Positions 35,861 to 44,447 of a DNA stretch of 50,810 nucleotides are shown in pieces. Under the pieces are notes generated by a model. That model worked only from the letters and a program-made list of their open reading frames with translations. It searched no databases and was not told the origin of the DNA. A program made the translations under genes and the position numbers. The DNA lies in contig DAIDJJ010000001.1 of NCBI GenBank assembly GCA_027451385.1, forward strand, positions 1-50,810. Direction: 5' to 3'. This DNA is from Spirochaetales bacterium. Its GTDB lineage: Bacteria; Spirochaetota; Spirochaetia; JABEVK01. How positions within the stretch are numbered: the first letter of the stretch is position 1; each line of letters opens with the position of its first letter.

Positions 35861-38800
35861 ATGCTGTACGTCATGGTAGAAATTTCGGCTTTTCCTCAAT
35901 TCAAACGCCTGCGACCTCGTGAAGCCCAAGAAATTTCTGACTTAGTCATACACCTTGGTGTCCATCGAGGTGGAAAGTTTGTTAAAGAACTTAGTGGTTT
36001 CTTTCTTTTTTCGTTTCACCCCGCTCGCGAAAAGATCATGAGTCTGATTTCAGAATTTTTATTTATGACGGTTGAGTCTCTAGAGAAAAAAAAGGAGGAG
36101 CTTTTTGGTTATAACCTCCTTTGGGAGCAAATTGAGGGCTCTGATGAAGACATCACTTTTAATCGGTTAAAAAATCTGCTCTTTCAAGCCCCTGGTTCGG
36201 AAGGTGTTTGGGCTGGCCCCGAGGTTACCCCTCTGTTACAAGGTCATTTCCCCTTAGCTGAAGGAGATCTTACCCAAGTTCTTGGTCCGCAGCTGACCTC
36301 AGGTCGTGAAAGCTGGGACTACGAAGAGTTTCTGGATCTGACAGGGTGGCGAGAAGCCTTAAGCGGTCCCCTTGAAAAACAAATGGCCGAGCCGGGAAAG
36401 GTTTTACGTTTAAAATCCGACCATGTTGTAGAAAAGCTTGCGATTGTGGTGCGAGTTTTGAAACAGACTTTCGGTACTGGAGAGGGCTTTCCCGTAGTCT
36501 TTCCTTTGCAAGATAGCCGAGATGCTTTAAGTCAGTTATTAGCCCAGGTAGACCCTTCTTTTGTTCCAGAGATACCCCGCTATTTGACAGGTGAAGAAGC
36601 TGTCCTTTGGCCTCAAAATCCACAGTGGGAGTTTTTACTGACAAGTCGGGGGGGGGCGGATTATTCTGGTGATCGCAGTAGCTTAGACGCCTACGGGGCT
36701 CTTTTAGGGTATTTTTCAGCCCAGATTGCCCGACTCAGAGCCGAAAAGTTGCCTCCAGTTTTCTTGTTTCTTTCCCCCCAAAAATTTCCAGAAGCCGCTT
36801 CTGAGTTGCTTGGTCGATTGTTAATGCCTTTGGTGAACAAAGAAGGGTTGCGAATCATTATTTTAGAGTCTTCACATCGGGAAACAGAGTTTTTGTCTAC
36901 GATGACGAGTGTTTCTTGGTCCTTTCCCAACTTAACTCTTAGCCGCTTAGAACAAGAACGAGCCCGAAGAGAATGGATAGAGCGACTGGATTTGCCCACG
37001 GAGTCCGTTTTAAAAGCTTGCCAGGATCGGGGGGCCGCCCTAGCCCATTGGTTTTGGGGGGTGCAAGAAGGCCGCTGGAAAAGTCCAGTGGGAGAAGATC
37101 CCTCCTGGCTACTTCTAGAGGCTTTGGGAATCACGCATCAAAAAGTGTATTACGTTTTTTTGCTCGGACAATCCTTGTTGGGAGAGTCGGATTTAATTCG
37201 CTTTTTTGAGTATTTTGGAGAAGACGCTGCCGTAACTCGTGACAAAGTGGAAAGTCTAAAGTCCTTAGGGTACTTAATCTTCGGTACGCGGAATTTAGCC
37301 CTTCGTCCCGATTTTAAAGATCGGTTGGCCCAACAATTGGGGGAAGAAGGTAAGCTGTTAGCGTCACAATTAGGTAAGTTTCTGAGGGAAGCCTGGAAAG
37401 CGCAAGGAAAACGTTTGTCGGAGGTTGTCTGGGAAGTCCTCTTAAAAGGACAAGAATACGACTTTGCTCTTGAAGTTCTGTCTGCATACGTCAGTCAAAA
37501 AATTAATCGTGGCGAAGGAGATTTTTTGCCGCTTTTGTCGTTGGCTCGGTGGCAATCCTTACCAGTTGAAGAAGCCCGCGAGCGCCTGATTCTTACTAGT
37601 GCGGCTTTTAAACTTCGTTTTGCTTTGAATCAAAGTGAAAAAACTTGGAAGCCTGATAGCCTCGAGGCGTTTCGTAAGGGGTTTTCTTCGAATACAGAAA
37701 ATTTGCCAGTGCTAGAGTGGACACTTCAATTGGGGCGTTGGAATTTGTTGCAAGCCTCGGTAGCCGAAGGTTTTCATTTGTTAAAAAAAGCCTTGGCGGG
37801 TGCACAAGAACGTCATCAGCCGGAATTAGAAATCCGAGCGGGGATAGATATTGGTCAGGCTTTGTTAATGCGTCAAAAAAATGAAGAGGGTAGGGAATAC
37901 TTTGAAATGGCCGGTCGATTGGCTGAACAATGGGGGGATACGTTTCATATTGTTCAGGCCGGGCTTTGGGATACTTGTGCCCGCTTTTTAGCGGGGCAGT
38001 TAACCGGAACCTCAAAAATTCTTGACCGTCTGGAACCTTTGGCCCTAAAAGGTGGATTACACCAATACAGCACAGCCTTTCAGTTTTTTCGGGCTAGGTT
38101 AAGTTTTGAATTGGGCCGCTATGAAGAAGCTGAAAACACATTACAATCCTTAGGTCGAAAAGCTGCCGAGTTCGCCATTCCACAAGCCAGAACTTTGGCC
38201 AGGCTTTGGGCTGGGCGCTGTTTAGCGTATCAGAATCGGTTTGAAGAAGCTGAAAAGCTTTTCTTAGAAACTACGAATAGCCTTGAATCGTGTATTTATC
38301 GTGCGGAGTCCGCCATCTTGCAAAGGGACCATGAACGAGCCTGGGAATTGCTTCGCCAAGCCCCCGCAGAACTGAAAGTCCAACCCTATACAGGTGATCG
38401 ATTGAATTTTGCTAGTGGCTATTCGCTGGCTGAAGATAAAGCGTTGCCCTCTCCAGAGGGGGGAATGTTAGAACTTTTATTCATGGCTTTAAAGGCGCAT
38501 GCCGCTTCCTTAAAAGGATTCAAAACAGAAGCTCATGAGGCTTTTCAGGAACTGTTGAGCCGAAAATCTCTTATGGAACTCAGCCGCTTTTCCCCTTGGA
38601 TCTATCTATGGCATTACCGTGCGATCGAGCGGCACTCCGATAATGAAGCTCACCGTCTTACGATTTTGGGGCGAGGTTTGAAGTCCTTACAAACCTTATC
38701 GAGTTGTATAGAAGACCCGGCAGAGCGCCAAGAGTTTGTTAATCGGCCCTATTGGAATGCGCAGTTTTTGAGTGAAGCTCGTCGTGAGAAGTTATTGTAA
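35861..38800 (+). CDS. large regulatory-type protein: degenerate cyclase-homology domain + degenerate AAA/STAND-like region + TPR-like C-terminus
   Basis: 979 aa. The N-terminus aligns by eye to class III cyclases but lacks the metal Asp residues. The middle resembles AAA_16-type ATPases without a P-loop or Walker B. The C-terminal ~350 aa are TPR-like helical repeats. Confidence 0.75.
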   Translation: MLYVMVEISAFPQFKRLRPREAQEISDLVIHLGVHRGGKFVKELSGFFLFSFHPAREKIMSLISEFLFMTVESLEKKKEELFGYNLLWEQIEGSDEDITFNRLKNLLFQAPGSEGVWAGPEVTPLLQGHFPLAEGDLTQVLGPQLTSGRESWDYEEFLDLTGWREALSGPLEKQMAEPGKVLRLKSDHVVEKLAIVVRVLKQTFGTGEGFPVVFPLQDSRDALSQLLAQVDPSFVPEIPRYLTGEEAVLWPQNPQWEFLLTSRGGADYSGDRSSLDAYGALLGYFSAQIARLRAEKLPPVFLFLSPQKFPEAASELLGRLLMPLVNKEGLRIIILESSHRETEFLSTMTSVSWSFPNLTLSRLEQERARREWIERLDLPTESVLKACQDRGAALAHWFWGVQEGRWKSPVGEDPSWLLLEALGITHQKVYYVFLLGQSLLGESDLIRFFEYFGEDAAVTRDKVESLKSLGYLIFGTRNLALRPDFKDRLAQQLGEEGKLLASQLGKFLREAWKAQGKRLSEVVWEVLLKGQEYDFALEVLSAYVSQKINRGEGDFLPLLSLARWQSLPVEEARERLILTSAAFKLRFALNQSEKTWKPDSLEAFRKGFSSNTENLPVLEWTLQLGRWNLLQASVAEGFHLLKKALAGAQERHQPELEIRAGIDIGQALLMRQKNEEGREYFEMAGRLAEQWGDTFHIVQAGLWDTCARFLAGQLTGTSKILDRLEPLALKGGLHQYSTAFQFFRARLSFELGRYEEAENTLQSLGRKAAEFAIPQARTLARLWAGRCLAYQNRFEEAEKLFLETTNSLESCIYRAESAILQRDHERAWELLRQAPAELKVQPYTGDRLNFASGYSLAEDKALPSPEGGMLELLFMALKAHAASLKGFKTEAHEAFQELLSRKSLMELSRFSPWIYLWHYRAIERHSDNEAHRLTILGRGLKSLQTLSSCIEDPAERQEFVNRPYWNAQFLSEARREKLL

Positions 38801-39197
38801 GCGCTTCAAAGGCTTGTTTCCAAGGCCCTGGCCAGCGAGCTGGCCGGCCATTGGCTGTCGTGACAACGGCTAATTTTAAAAGAGCTTTAAGTACTAACGG
38901 CCCGTCAACAAGTCTAAGGAGATGGCTCATCTCGACTGTTGCCCCACCAATCCGCGTGGGGAATATTTCTAATTCTAATTCTTGATCTGGAAGGGCCGGA
39001 GTGAGAAATGTTAACTGAGCCTCTGCCACCCAAATGCCAAAACCTTGTACTAAAAGTTCTTGATAAGACAAACCTTGGTGACGAACCATTTCAAGTCGGC
39101 CCATCTCTAAATAGTTCAAGTAGATGGCATTGTTGACATGTCCGTAGGCGTCACAGTCGTAAGGGCGCACACGAAAGCGGTAGGTAAAGGACGGCAT
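38739..39197 (-). CDS. hotdog-fold acyl-CoA thioesterase (4HBT/YbgC-like)
   Basis: FRVRPYDCDAYGHVNNAIYLNYLEMGR signature. The 3' tail overlaps the convergent 979-aa gene by 62 nt. Confidence 0.9.
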   Translation of the reverse strand: MPSFTYRFRVRPYDCDAYGHVNNAIYLNYLEMGRLEMVRHQGLSYQELLVQGFGIWVAEAQLTFLTPALPDQELELEIFPTRIGGATVEMSHLLRLVDGPLVLKALLKLAVVTTANGRPARWPGPWKQAFEALTITSHDELHSKTAHSNRAD

Positions 39198-39215
39198 GAG
39201 AACTCCTAAGGTAGG

Positions 39216-41051
39216 TTATACCGTGAGCGGATCAGCTAATCTGGCTAAACAATTTTCGACGATGGGTTCAACGTCATTGACTTCAAGACCTAGGTCACGA
39301 ACTTTTAACCGTTCATTTGAAAGCATCCAGCTTCGGGATGTGGCGTTGTAGTTGGCTAAAATAAAATCTTTAATCGCGAGGACCGCTAAGGTGTTTTGAA
39401 CGTTTTTTACGTCGAGACCGTGTTCGGCGGCAAAATCTTTCAGATAGAGCTGAATGGTTTCTTCTAAGCGGCTTCGAAACAGAACATGAAGATTTTTTTC
39501 TCGTCCATTTGGCATAGCCTCGATTCTATCTTTAATAGAGATAACTTCGAGTTCTGTGCCGTCATACTTAGTCCAGTGCGAGGTTAAGTCAGGGGTAGCT
39601 AGAGCTTGTCGCGCACGTTCTCGCCGTTTTTTGTCTTCTTCGCGCATCAAAGCGACTTTGGCTTCTGCCCGTGTGCGTGCTTGGGCTTCTTCTTGCTTTT
39701 TTTGTTGGACGGCTTGAGCGGCGGCCTTGCGTACTTCTTGCTTTTCTTGTCGTTGACGTTCTACCAAAAGGGTGGCTCGTTTTCGTCGTTCTTTCCGCTC
39801 CCGCTTTTCTTTTTTTATGAGTTGCTCGGCCCAAGCTCGAGTATCTTCAATCACTGGCTTGGCTTGTTCTCCCGGTTTGATGCGGCGCCACACCGACTGC
39901 ATATAGATATCTTTGCGAACGTTGTATTCGTAGGGGCTATCCCGGGCTACGACGGCATAGATAGCATATAAGATTTCTTCATCGGCCACACCCCGAGCTT
40001 GTCCATCTTTGATAATCTGATAGATCGCGGCGTGTGGGGTTCGATGACGAGCGGAGTAAACGGAAACTTTATTTTCAAAGGCAGGATCAATGGTCTTCAA
40101 CCAGTACTGCCAGCAATAGGTTAAAGCAATGTTTTCTAAGCCCTGAATTTTGGGGTTGATCAAGATTTCTTTAAGGTCTTGTTCGGTAAAAGTCACCGAA
40201 GCGACCTCAATGGTCACAACTTTGGCTTTGGATGGACGTTGGGTTTGTTCGCTTAGACTTTTGGGTAGGACGAGGCGAATTTCTTTTCGCTCAAATAGAT
40301 GATCCCCGAGGTAATCTTGTAAGACTCCGCATACGGAGGCAAACTCTTGGACATGCCATTCTGCTTCTTGAGAATACGCCCTGAGACGTTCTAAGACTTG
40401 GGCTGCTCGTGCTTTAGAAGGAGGTAAGGCCCTTAAGGCGGTGCGGATAGGTTCTAATAAGGACCAGTTTTTCCCCCTGGGACCTGAGCCGAAACATTGT
40501 AGAATGTAAAGAATGGTACGGCGAATCGATTCGAGGGAACGGTCGGCCAGTTCTTCTGTAAGTCGGGAAAACAAAGGAGCAAAGAGGGCATGAGCAGTCC
40601 GATGCCATCTTAACAAAGTCGCGCGGCTTTCAGCTTCGGGATACTTGGTAGAAAGCCTTTGATAAAGTTTTCGAGCCAATTCTAGATTTTTATCAAAACG
40701 AGCTTGAAAATAGGCCCCTATATCTAAGTCATGACCACTTTGAATTTCAGGGTGTTCTGTTTTTAAAAACAGCGCACGGACTTTACGAAGGGACGTAGGG
40801 GGAGACCCTGTAGGTTGAGCACTCACGAGGTTAACGAGTTGAGGCTCAAACTCTTCTAGGGCACCGCAAAGATTCTCTTGGGATTGTTGTTTGAGGTAAA
40901 CCCTGAGGGCTATATAAGTAGTCAAAAGGTCGTCTGACAGAGAGGAAAACCCAGTATGCAGAACGATTAGCCACGAATCATTTCGGGCTCTTTCCTTGAT
41001 GCTGTTCAGTACCTGAGGGAAAAAATCCCCTTTCGATGTAGACGCCGGCAT
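39216..41051 (-). CDS. hypothetical protein with a central, highly charged Lys/Arg/Glu coiled coil
   Basis: 611-aa ORF with uniform coding appearance, 18 nt upstream of the thioesterase gene. No motif recognised. Confidence 0.7.
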   Translation of the reverse strand: MPASTSKGDFFPQVLNSIKERARNDSWLIVLHTGFSSLSDDLLTTYIALRVYLKQQSQENLCGALEEFEPQLVNLVSAQPTGSPPTSLRKVRALFLKTEHPEIQSGHDLDIGAYFQARFDKNLELARKLYQRLSTKYPEAESRATLLRWHRTAHALFAPLFSRLTEELADRSLESIRRTILYILQCFGSGPRGKNWSLLEPIRTALRALPPSKARAAQVLERLRAYSQEAEWHVQEFASVCGVLQDYLGDHLFERKEIRLVLPKSLSEQTQRPSKAKVVTIEVASVTFTEQDLKEILINPKIQGLENIALTYCWQYWLKTIDPAFENKVSVYSARHRTPHAAIYQIIKDGQARGVADEEILYAIYAVVARDSPYEYNVRKDIYMQSVWRRIKPGEQAKPVIEDTRAWAEQLIKKEKRERKERRKRATLLVERQRQEKQEVRKAAAQAVQQKKQEEAQARTRAEAKVALMREEDKKRRERARQALATPDLTSHWTKYDGTELEVISIKDRIEAMPNGREKNLHVLFRSRLEETIQLYLKDFAAEHGLDVKNVQNTLAVLAIKDFILANYNATSRSWMLSNERLKVRDLGLEVNDVEPIVENCLARLADPLTV

Positions 41052-41112
41052 GAGTTAGGTTATTTTAGCGTAGATTTTTTCCCTTTGGCAAGCGTAAGCA
41101 GATTTTCCGAGC

Positions 41113-41141
41113 TTGACGAAAAAAAAAGATTCTGGTAATTT
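41113..41141 (+). promoter_or_regulatory. candidate sigma-70 promoter for the tRNA gene
   Basis: TTGACG, a 17-nt A-rich spacer, then TAATTT, ending 14 nt before the first tRNA base. Confidence 0.4.
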
Positions 41142-41155
41142 GACCGCGCTGTTGA

Positions 41156-41228
41156 GGTGGCATAGCTCAGACGGTAGAGCAAGCGGCTCATATCCGCTCG
41201 GTCGGGGGTTCAAGTCCCTCTGCCACCA
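41156..41228 (+). tRNA. tRNA with CAU anticodon (elongator Met, or Ile2 if lysidine-modified); no encoded CCA
   Basis: Cloverleaf folded by hand: acceptor GGTGGCA/TGCCACC, D stem GCTC/GAGC, anticodon stem AGCGG/CCGCT with loop CTCATAT, 5-nt variable loop, T arm GGGGG-TTCAAGT-CCCTC. The G1-C72 pair argues against an initiator. Confidence 0.93.
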
Positions 41229-41306
41229 AATTCCCTAAATTGTTCTTTTTTTCCTCTTGACGGTGTGAGCTTGGAATTTCAAGCTTATGACAAGAGGTGT
41301 GTTTTT

Positions 41307-42359
41307 ATGTCTGCCAATTTAGAAACCGTCAGATCCCTTTTGTGGATGTTAGATCAACTCAAACAAGAGGGGAGGTTTCTATACGACGAGTGGGCCGAAG
41401 AATTCCGCCCTGAAGAACCTGCCCAAGAAGTGCGAAACGATCGTAGATTTCTCAATCACGTTGCGGTCTTGCGAGAACAAATTTTACCCCTTTTTCAGCC
41501 TGGCTCTGCTGAGTCGGATTTTTTAAAAGCTGAAAAAGGTGTTTATACGGTGATTCACCCGATCAGCCAAGCTGAATGGTCACAAGTTCCTGATGCTGAA
41601 GGCTTGAACTTTTTGCCTTTGCTCAATGCGATCAATCAGTCGCAGAGTTTGATGCCGTTTCCTTCTCCTCGAATTGTCAAATTACTAGCCAACGAACTTG
41701 AAGTCCATGAAGAACGCCTAGGTCCGGTGATTTTTAAAAATACAGCGGCTTGGAAATTAGACTACCGTCTTATTCGAGAAATCCTAGATGCGGTTGAAGC
41801 CCATGAAAAGCTCCTCGTAGAACCCAAGCCGCCGCGACATCCCTGTGAGGTCTCTCCTCTTTTGGTGGTAAACTGTGATGGGGCTTGGTATTTATTGGCC
41901 TTAGCGGGAAACATCCTTTTACAATACAATTTGAGCCGAGTTCAGAATATTACGCGCCAAAAAGGTGTTGAGGCCGAAAAGTATCCCGCCGCGACCTTTC
42001 GTACCCTGCGTCATTTGGTGACCGAGTTGTGGGGAACCTTTTGGATTACGGATCCTTTTGATCCAAAACCCGGAGAAGCTGTCACCATTCGTTACACGGG
42101 GGAGGCGAAACAATACGCTACGGAACGGTTTGAGCAAAAATCGTACGTCCCAGGTGTTCCTTGGTTTCGTCTTGCTGTCACAGAAGCTTACGCAGATGTG
42201 ACTTTGCGGGTCCAATCTCAAGGCAAGCATTATTCAGAAATTTTAGGAGAAATCTTACGTTGGGGCCCTTTCGCAGAACCTTTAAGCCCCGACGAGTTGG
42301 TGCGTCAATGGCGAGAAGCCATTCAAACTATGGCGTCTAAGGCTTTTCCAAAGTCTTGA
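41307..42359 (+). CDS. WYL-domain transcriptional regulator (wHTH-WYL-WCX architecture)
   Basis: WYL core LLVVNCDGAWYLLALAGNILLQYNLSRV and a C-terminal WCX-like segment, EILRWGPFAEPLSPDELVRQW. ATG 41307 is preceded by AAGAGGTG with a 7-nt spacer. ORF-track GTG 41265 is unlikely. Confidence 0.8.
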   Translation: MSANLETVRSLLWMLDQLKQEGRFLYDEWAEEFRPEEPAQEVRNDRRFLNHVAVLREQILPLFQPGSAESDFLKAEKGVYTVIHPISQAEWSQVPDAEGLNFLPLLNAINQSQSLMPFPSPRIVKLLANELEVHEERLGPVIFKNTAAWKLDYRLIREILDAVEAHEKLLVEPKPPRHPCEVSPLLVVNCDGAWYLLALAGNILLQYNLSRVQNITRQKGVEAEKYPAATFRTLRHLVTELWGTFWITDPFDPKPGEAVTIRYTGEAKQYATERFEQKSYVPGVPWFRLAVTEAYADVTLRVQSQGKHYSEILGEILRWGPFAEPLSPDELVRQWREAIQTMASKAFPKS

Positions 42360-42391
42360 AGTGGGTGACCTAAAGTACTAGGCTTGGCGTC

Positions 42392-42598
42392 ATGAACGAA
42401 GAAATTTATTGCCCGACTTGTCAGGCTCTTAAAGTTATGACTCTGATTCGTCAGCAAGAAAGCATGGAAGAAAACGGGAAGTCCATCACCTATGAGGTTG
42501 AGTTTTATCGCTGTCCCGATTGTCAGGAAGAACTCGAAGAGGCCGAGCAGTTGGAACGTAACCTCAAAGCGGCTCGTGAAGCCTACGACCAGCTGTGA
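42392..42598 (+). CDS. stand-alone 4-Cys zinc-ribbon protein (MqsA-N/YgiT-like)
   Basis: 68 aa with the pattern CPTC...(33 aa)...CPDC followed by an acidic helix, matching the N-terminal Zn domain of MqsA-type antitoxins. No HTH domain and no obvious SD. Confidence 0.6.
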   Translation: MNEEIYCPTCQALKVMTLIRQQESMEENGKSITYEVEFYRCPDCQEELEEAEQLERNLKAAREAYDQL

Positions 42599-42682
42599 AA
42601 TAAAGGATTTTCTCTTGAAGTGGACTTTGCTGAAACTATGCTTCAATCCGTGTTCTATTTTCTAGAAGCGGAGGAACAGACG

Positions 42683-42922
42683 ATGGCAAAGTTCAGGAAT
42701 ATCCACCTCAAAAAACTTTCTGCAGAGGAAATTGCTAGCTTAGAAGATCTGCCACAAATCTTGGAAGAGTTGGACCAAAACTTAAAGGCTTGGACAGAGA
42801 ACTTAGCTAACTTTGCTACGTTCGTTGAAACACTTTCGCAAGAAAATTCCTCCGGTAATCTAAAGAAAAAACTTCTGAAAGTTAGTAACAAAATCAGGAG
42901 AGTTTTAGGGAAGCAAGCGTGA
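42683..42922 (+). CDS. small helical protein, unknown function
   Basis: 79 aa from ATG 42683, preceded by GGAGGAAC. The ORF track begins at GTG 42620. The C-terminus is Lys-rich. Confidence 0.55.
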   Translation: MAKFRNIHLKKLSAEEIASLEDLPQILEELDQNLKAWTENLANFATFVETLSQENSSGNLKKKLLKVSNKIRRVLGKQA

Positions 42923-42932
42923 GGAGGAAAGT

Positions 42933-43319
42933 ATGAGTAGTGGTTATTATTCTGAACAAGACATGGATGACTATGCGGTTAGGGTAAAAACGGCGCCAGA
43001 GGATTACCCCGCCAGAGCGGCCCAGTCGACAGCCGCAATGCTACGGAAACATCCGTCTGCTTACAAGCGGTATGGCGTGTACTGGTGGGGTCTTAAGACC
43101 TTGTTAAGAAAGTACATTCATGATGGCTCCTGGTATTGTGGACCAGAAACGGATGCCGTGATGGAAACCCGTGCGAATCATGGCTCAGAATTTCGTAATG
43201 CTTTAGCCGCTTTAGTGTACTTTGACCACCATCCTCTCGCAGATTCTAAAGCTCAGTGGGAGGACTCTCAGGGAGTCATCCACCCGTATACCCTCATGGA
43301 CATCGATGCTCCCTCGTAA
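42933..43319 (+). CDS. hypothetical protein, Trp/Tyr-rich
   Basis: 128 aa with a strong SD (GAGGAGGAAAGT) before the ATG. Contains KRYGVYWWGLKTLL. No family recognised. Confidence 0.7.
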   Translation: MSSGYYSEQDMDDYAVRVKTAPEDYPARAAQSTAAMLRKHPSAYKRYGVYWWGLKTLLRKYIHDGSWYCGPETDAVMETRANHGSEFRNALAALVYFDHHPLADSKAQWEDSQGVIHPYTLMDIDAPS

Positions 43320-43379
43320 GCTTTAGTGCTGAAAATTATTGACAGCATGTCAGCTAAGCTGGGAATACAGGAGTTTACG

Positions 43380-43640
43380 ATGAAAACGACTTGGAGCCAA
43401 GAATTGCAATCTCAAACCCGAGATATCCTTTATAATATGCCCCCCGGAGTTTTTCTATTGGCGGAACGGTTGGGACGAAAAGGGGTGTGTCTAAAGAATT
43501 TTCAAGGCCCTTCCGGATATATTACCCTGGCAGATTGCCTAAATGATGAATACCCGATTCGCTCCCATGAAAATGATCAACTGCTTGCGCATTTTTCATC
43601 CATTGACGAGCTTTTGGAGGCAGGATGGGCCATCGATTAG
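43380..43640 (+). CDS. small hypothetical protein
   Basis: 86 aa from ATG 43380 (SD cagGAGtttacg). The alternative GTG 43326 gives 104 aa. It ends in LLEAGWAID. Confidence 0.55.
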   Translation: MKTTWSQELQSQTRDILYNMPPGVFLLAERLGRKGVCLKNFQGPSGYITLADCLNDEYPIRSHENDQLLAHFSSIDELLEAGWAID

Positions 43641-43807
43641 CTTCAACTTGGGATAGGTTGCCCTTAAAGGCCCGTTGGTTCGTTCGCCAGGGTTAGGTCA
43701 AGTTCTCGAAGCTTATCGGACTCAGTTAAACTTCGAGTTTCACAATCCCAAGACCTTTAATTCTTGCGTTCTTGGGAAAGTGGCACGATACTGAGCCTAA
43801 GAGGTGA

Positions 43808-44281
43808 ATGATGTCTCAAGAAAATGAAACGACAGCTGTAGCCCTGGTAGAAGGGGCTCAAGTCAGCGTCAAAACGCGCGAGGCTTTAGGTCAATCTGCT
43901 CCCTGGTTAAGGTTTTTGGGTATTCTAGGCTATATTGGTCTGAGTCTTCTCATCCTCGTGGGAATTGGTCTCTTTATTTTTGGTCTTGTTCATAACTCTC
44001 AGGGCTTGGGGGATACTATCCGTCAACGGTTTATGCCGTATTTGGGTATTTTCTATGTGATGATTGCAGTCGTGATGTTTATTCCGCTACGCTTTCTCAT
44101 GCGAATGGCCAAAGCTTCGAAAATCTACAAGGTGGATTCCTCAGCCGCGAATTTAGAACTTTTTGCCGTGAATTTTCGAAAACTCGTCAAGTTTTATGGG
44201 ATTACCACGATTGTGATCTTGGCCGTTTACCTTCTGGCCCTTCTAGGATTCGTTATATTCCTTCATAAGTTTTTTTCTTAA
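43808..44281 (+). CDS. small polytopic membrane protein, unknown function
   Basis: 157 aa with 4 predicted TM helices. SD aagaggtg lies before the ATGATG. Confidence 0.75.
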   Translation: MMSQENETTAVALVEGAQVSVKTREALGQSAPWLRFLGILGYIGLSLLILVGIGLFIFGLVHNSQGLGDTIRQRFMPYLGIFYVMIAVVMFIPLRFLMRMAKASKIYKVDSSAANLELFAVNFRKLVKFYGITTIVILAVYLLALLGFVIFLHKFFS

Positions 44282-44343
44282 TGACGGTATTCCCTGAGAA
44301 TAAGGGTCTTCCCTTAGATTGATGTTCTTGCTAGAGTGACCCT

Positions 44344-44427
44344 GAAGCTAGGGGTCCTGCCATGAAACTAGGCGGGTGAGAAATACCCTTTGAACCTGAC
44401 GCGGGTAATGCCGCCGTAGGGAAGCTC
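44344..44427 (+). promoter_or_regulatory. TPP (THI-box) riboswitch aptamer
   Basis: gctaggggtcc...ggtgagaaataccctttgaacctgacgcgggtaatgccgccgtagggaagc matches the conserved TPP aptamer core (compare E. coli thiM CUGAGAAAUACCC...ACCUGAUCUGGAUAAUGCCAGCGUAGGGAAG). It ends 20 nt before the first gene of the thi operon. Confidence 0.85.
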
Positions 44428-44447
44428 CCCGTCTAGCTTACCTGTTT

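Noticed and set aside
39589-39971. 81-aa and 121-aa ORFs over the charged segment of the 611-aa gene.
   Set aside because: They are frame-shifted or antisense readings of a purine-rich repetitive coding stretch.
43781-43796. Sigma-54-like element TGGCACG-atac-TGAGC before the membrane-protein gene.
   Set aside because: The -12 GC is displaced by one base relative to GG-N10-GC. A start site from this element would fall on or after the SD at 43801-43806.
41156-44281. Classical tRNA-integrated genomic island or prophage remnant.
   Set aside because: There is no integrase or recombinase and no direct repeat of the tRNA 3' end. The only resemblances are short and look like chance (ggtcaagt near 43705, attccct near 44288). 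I therefore treat it as a cassette of unknown origin, not an integrative element.
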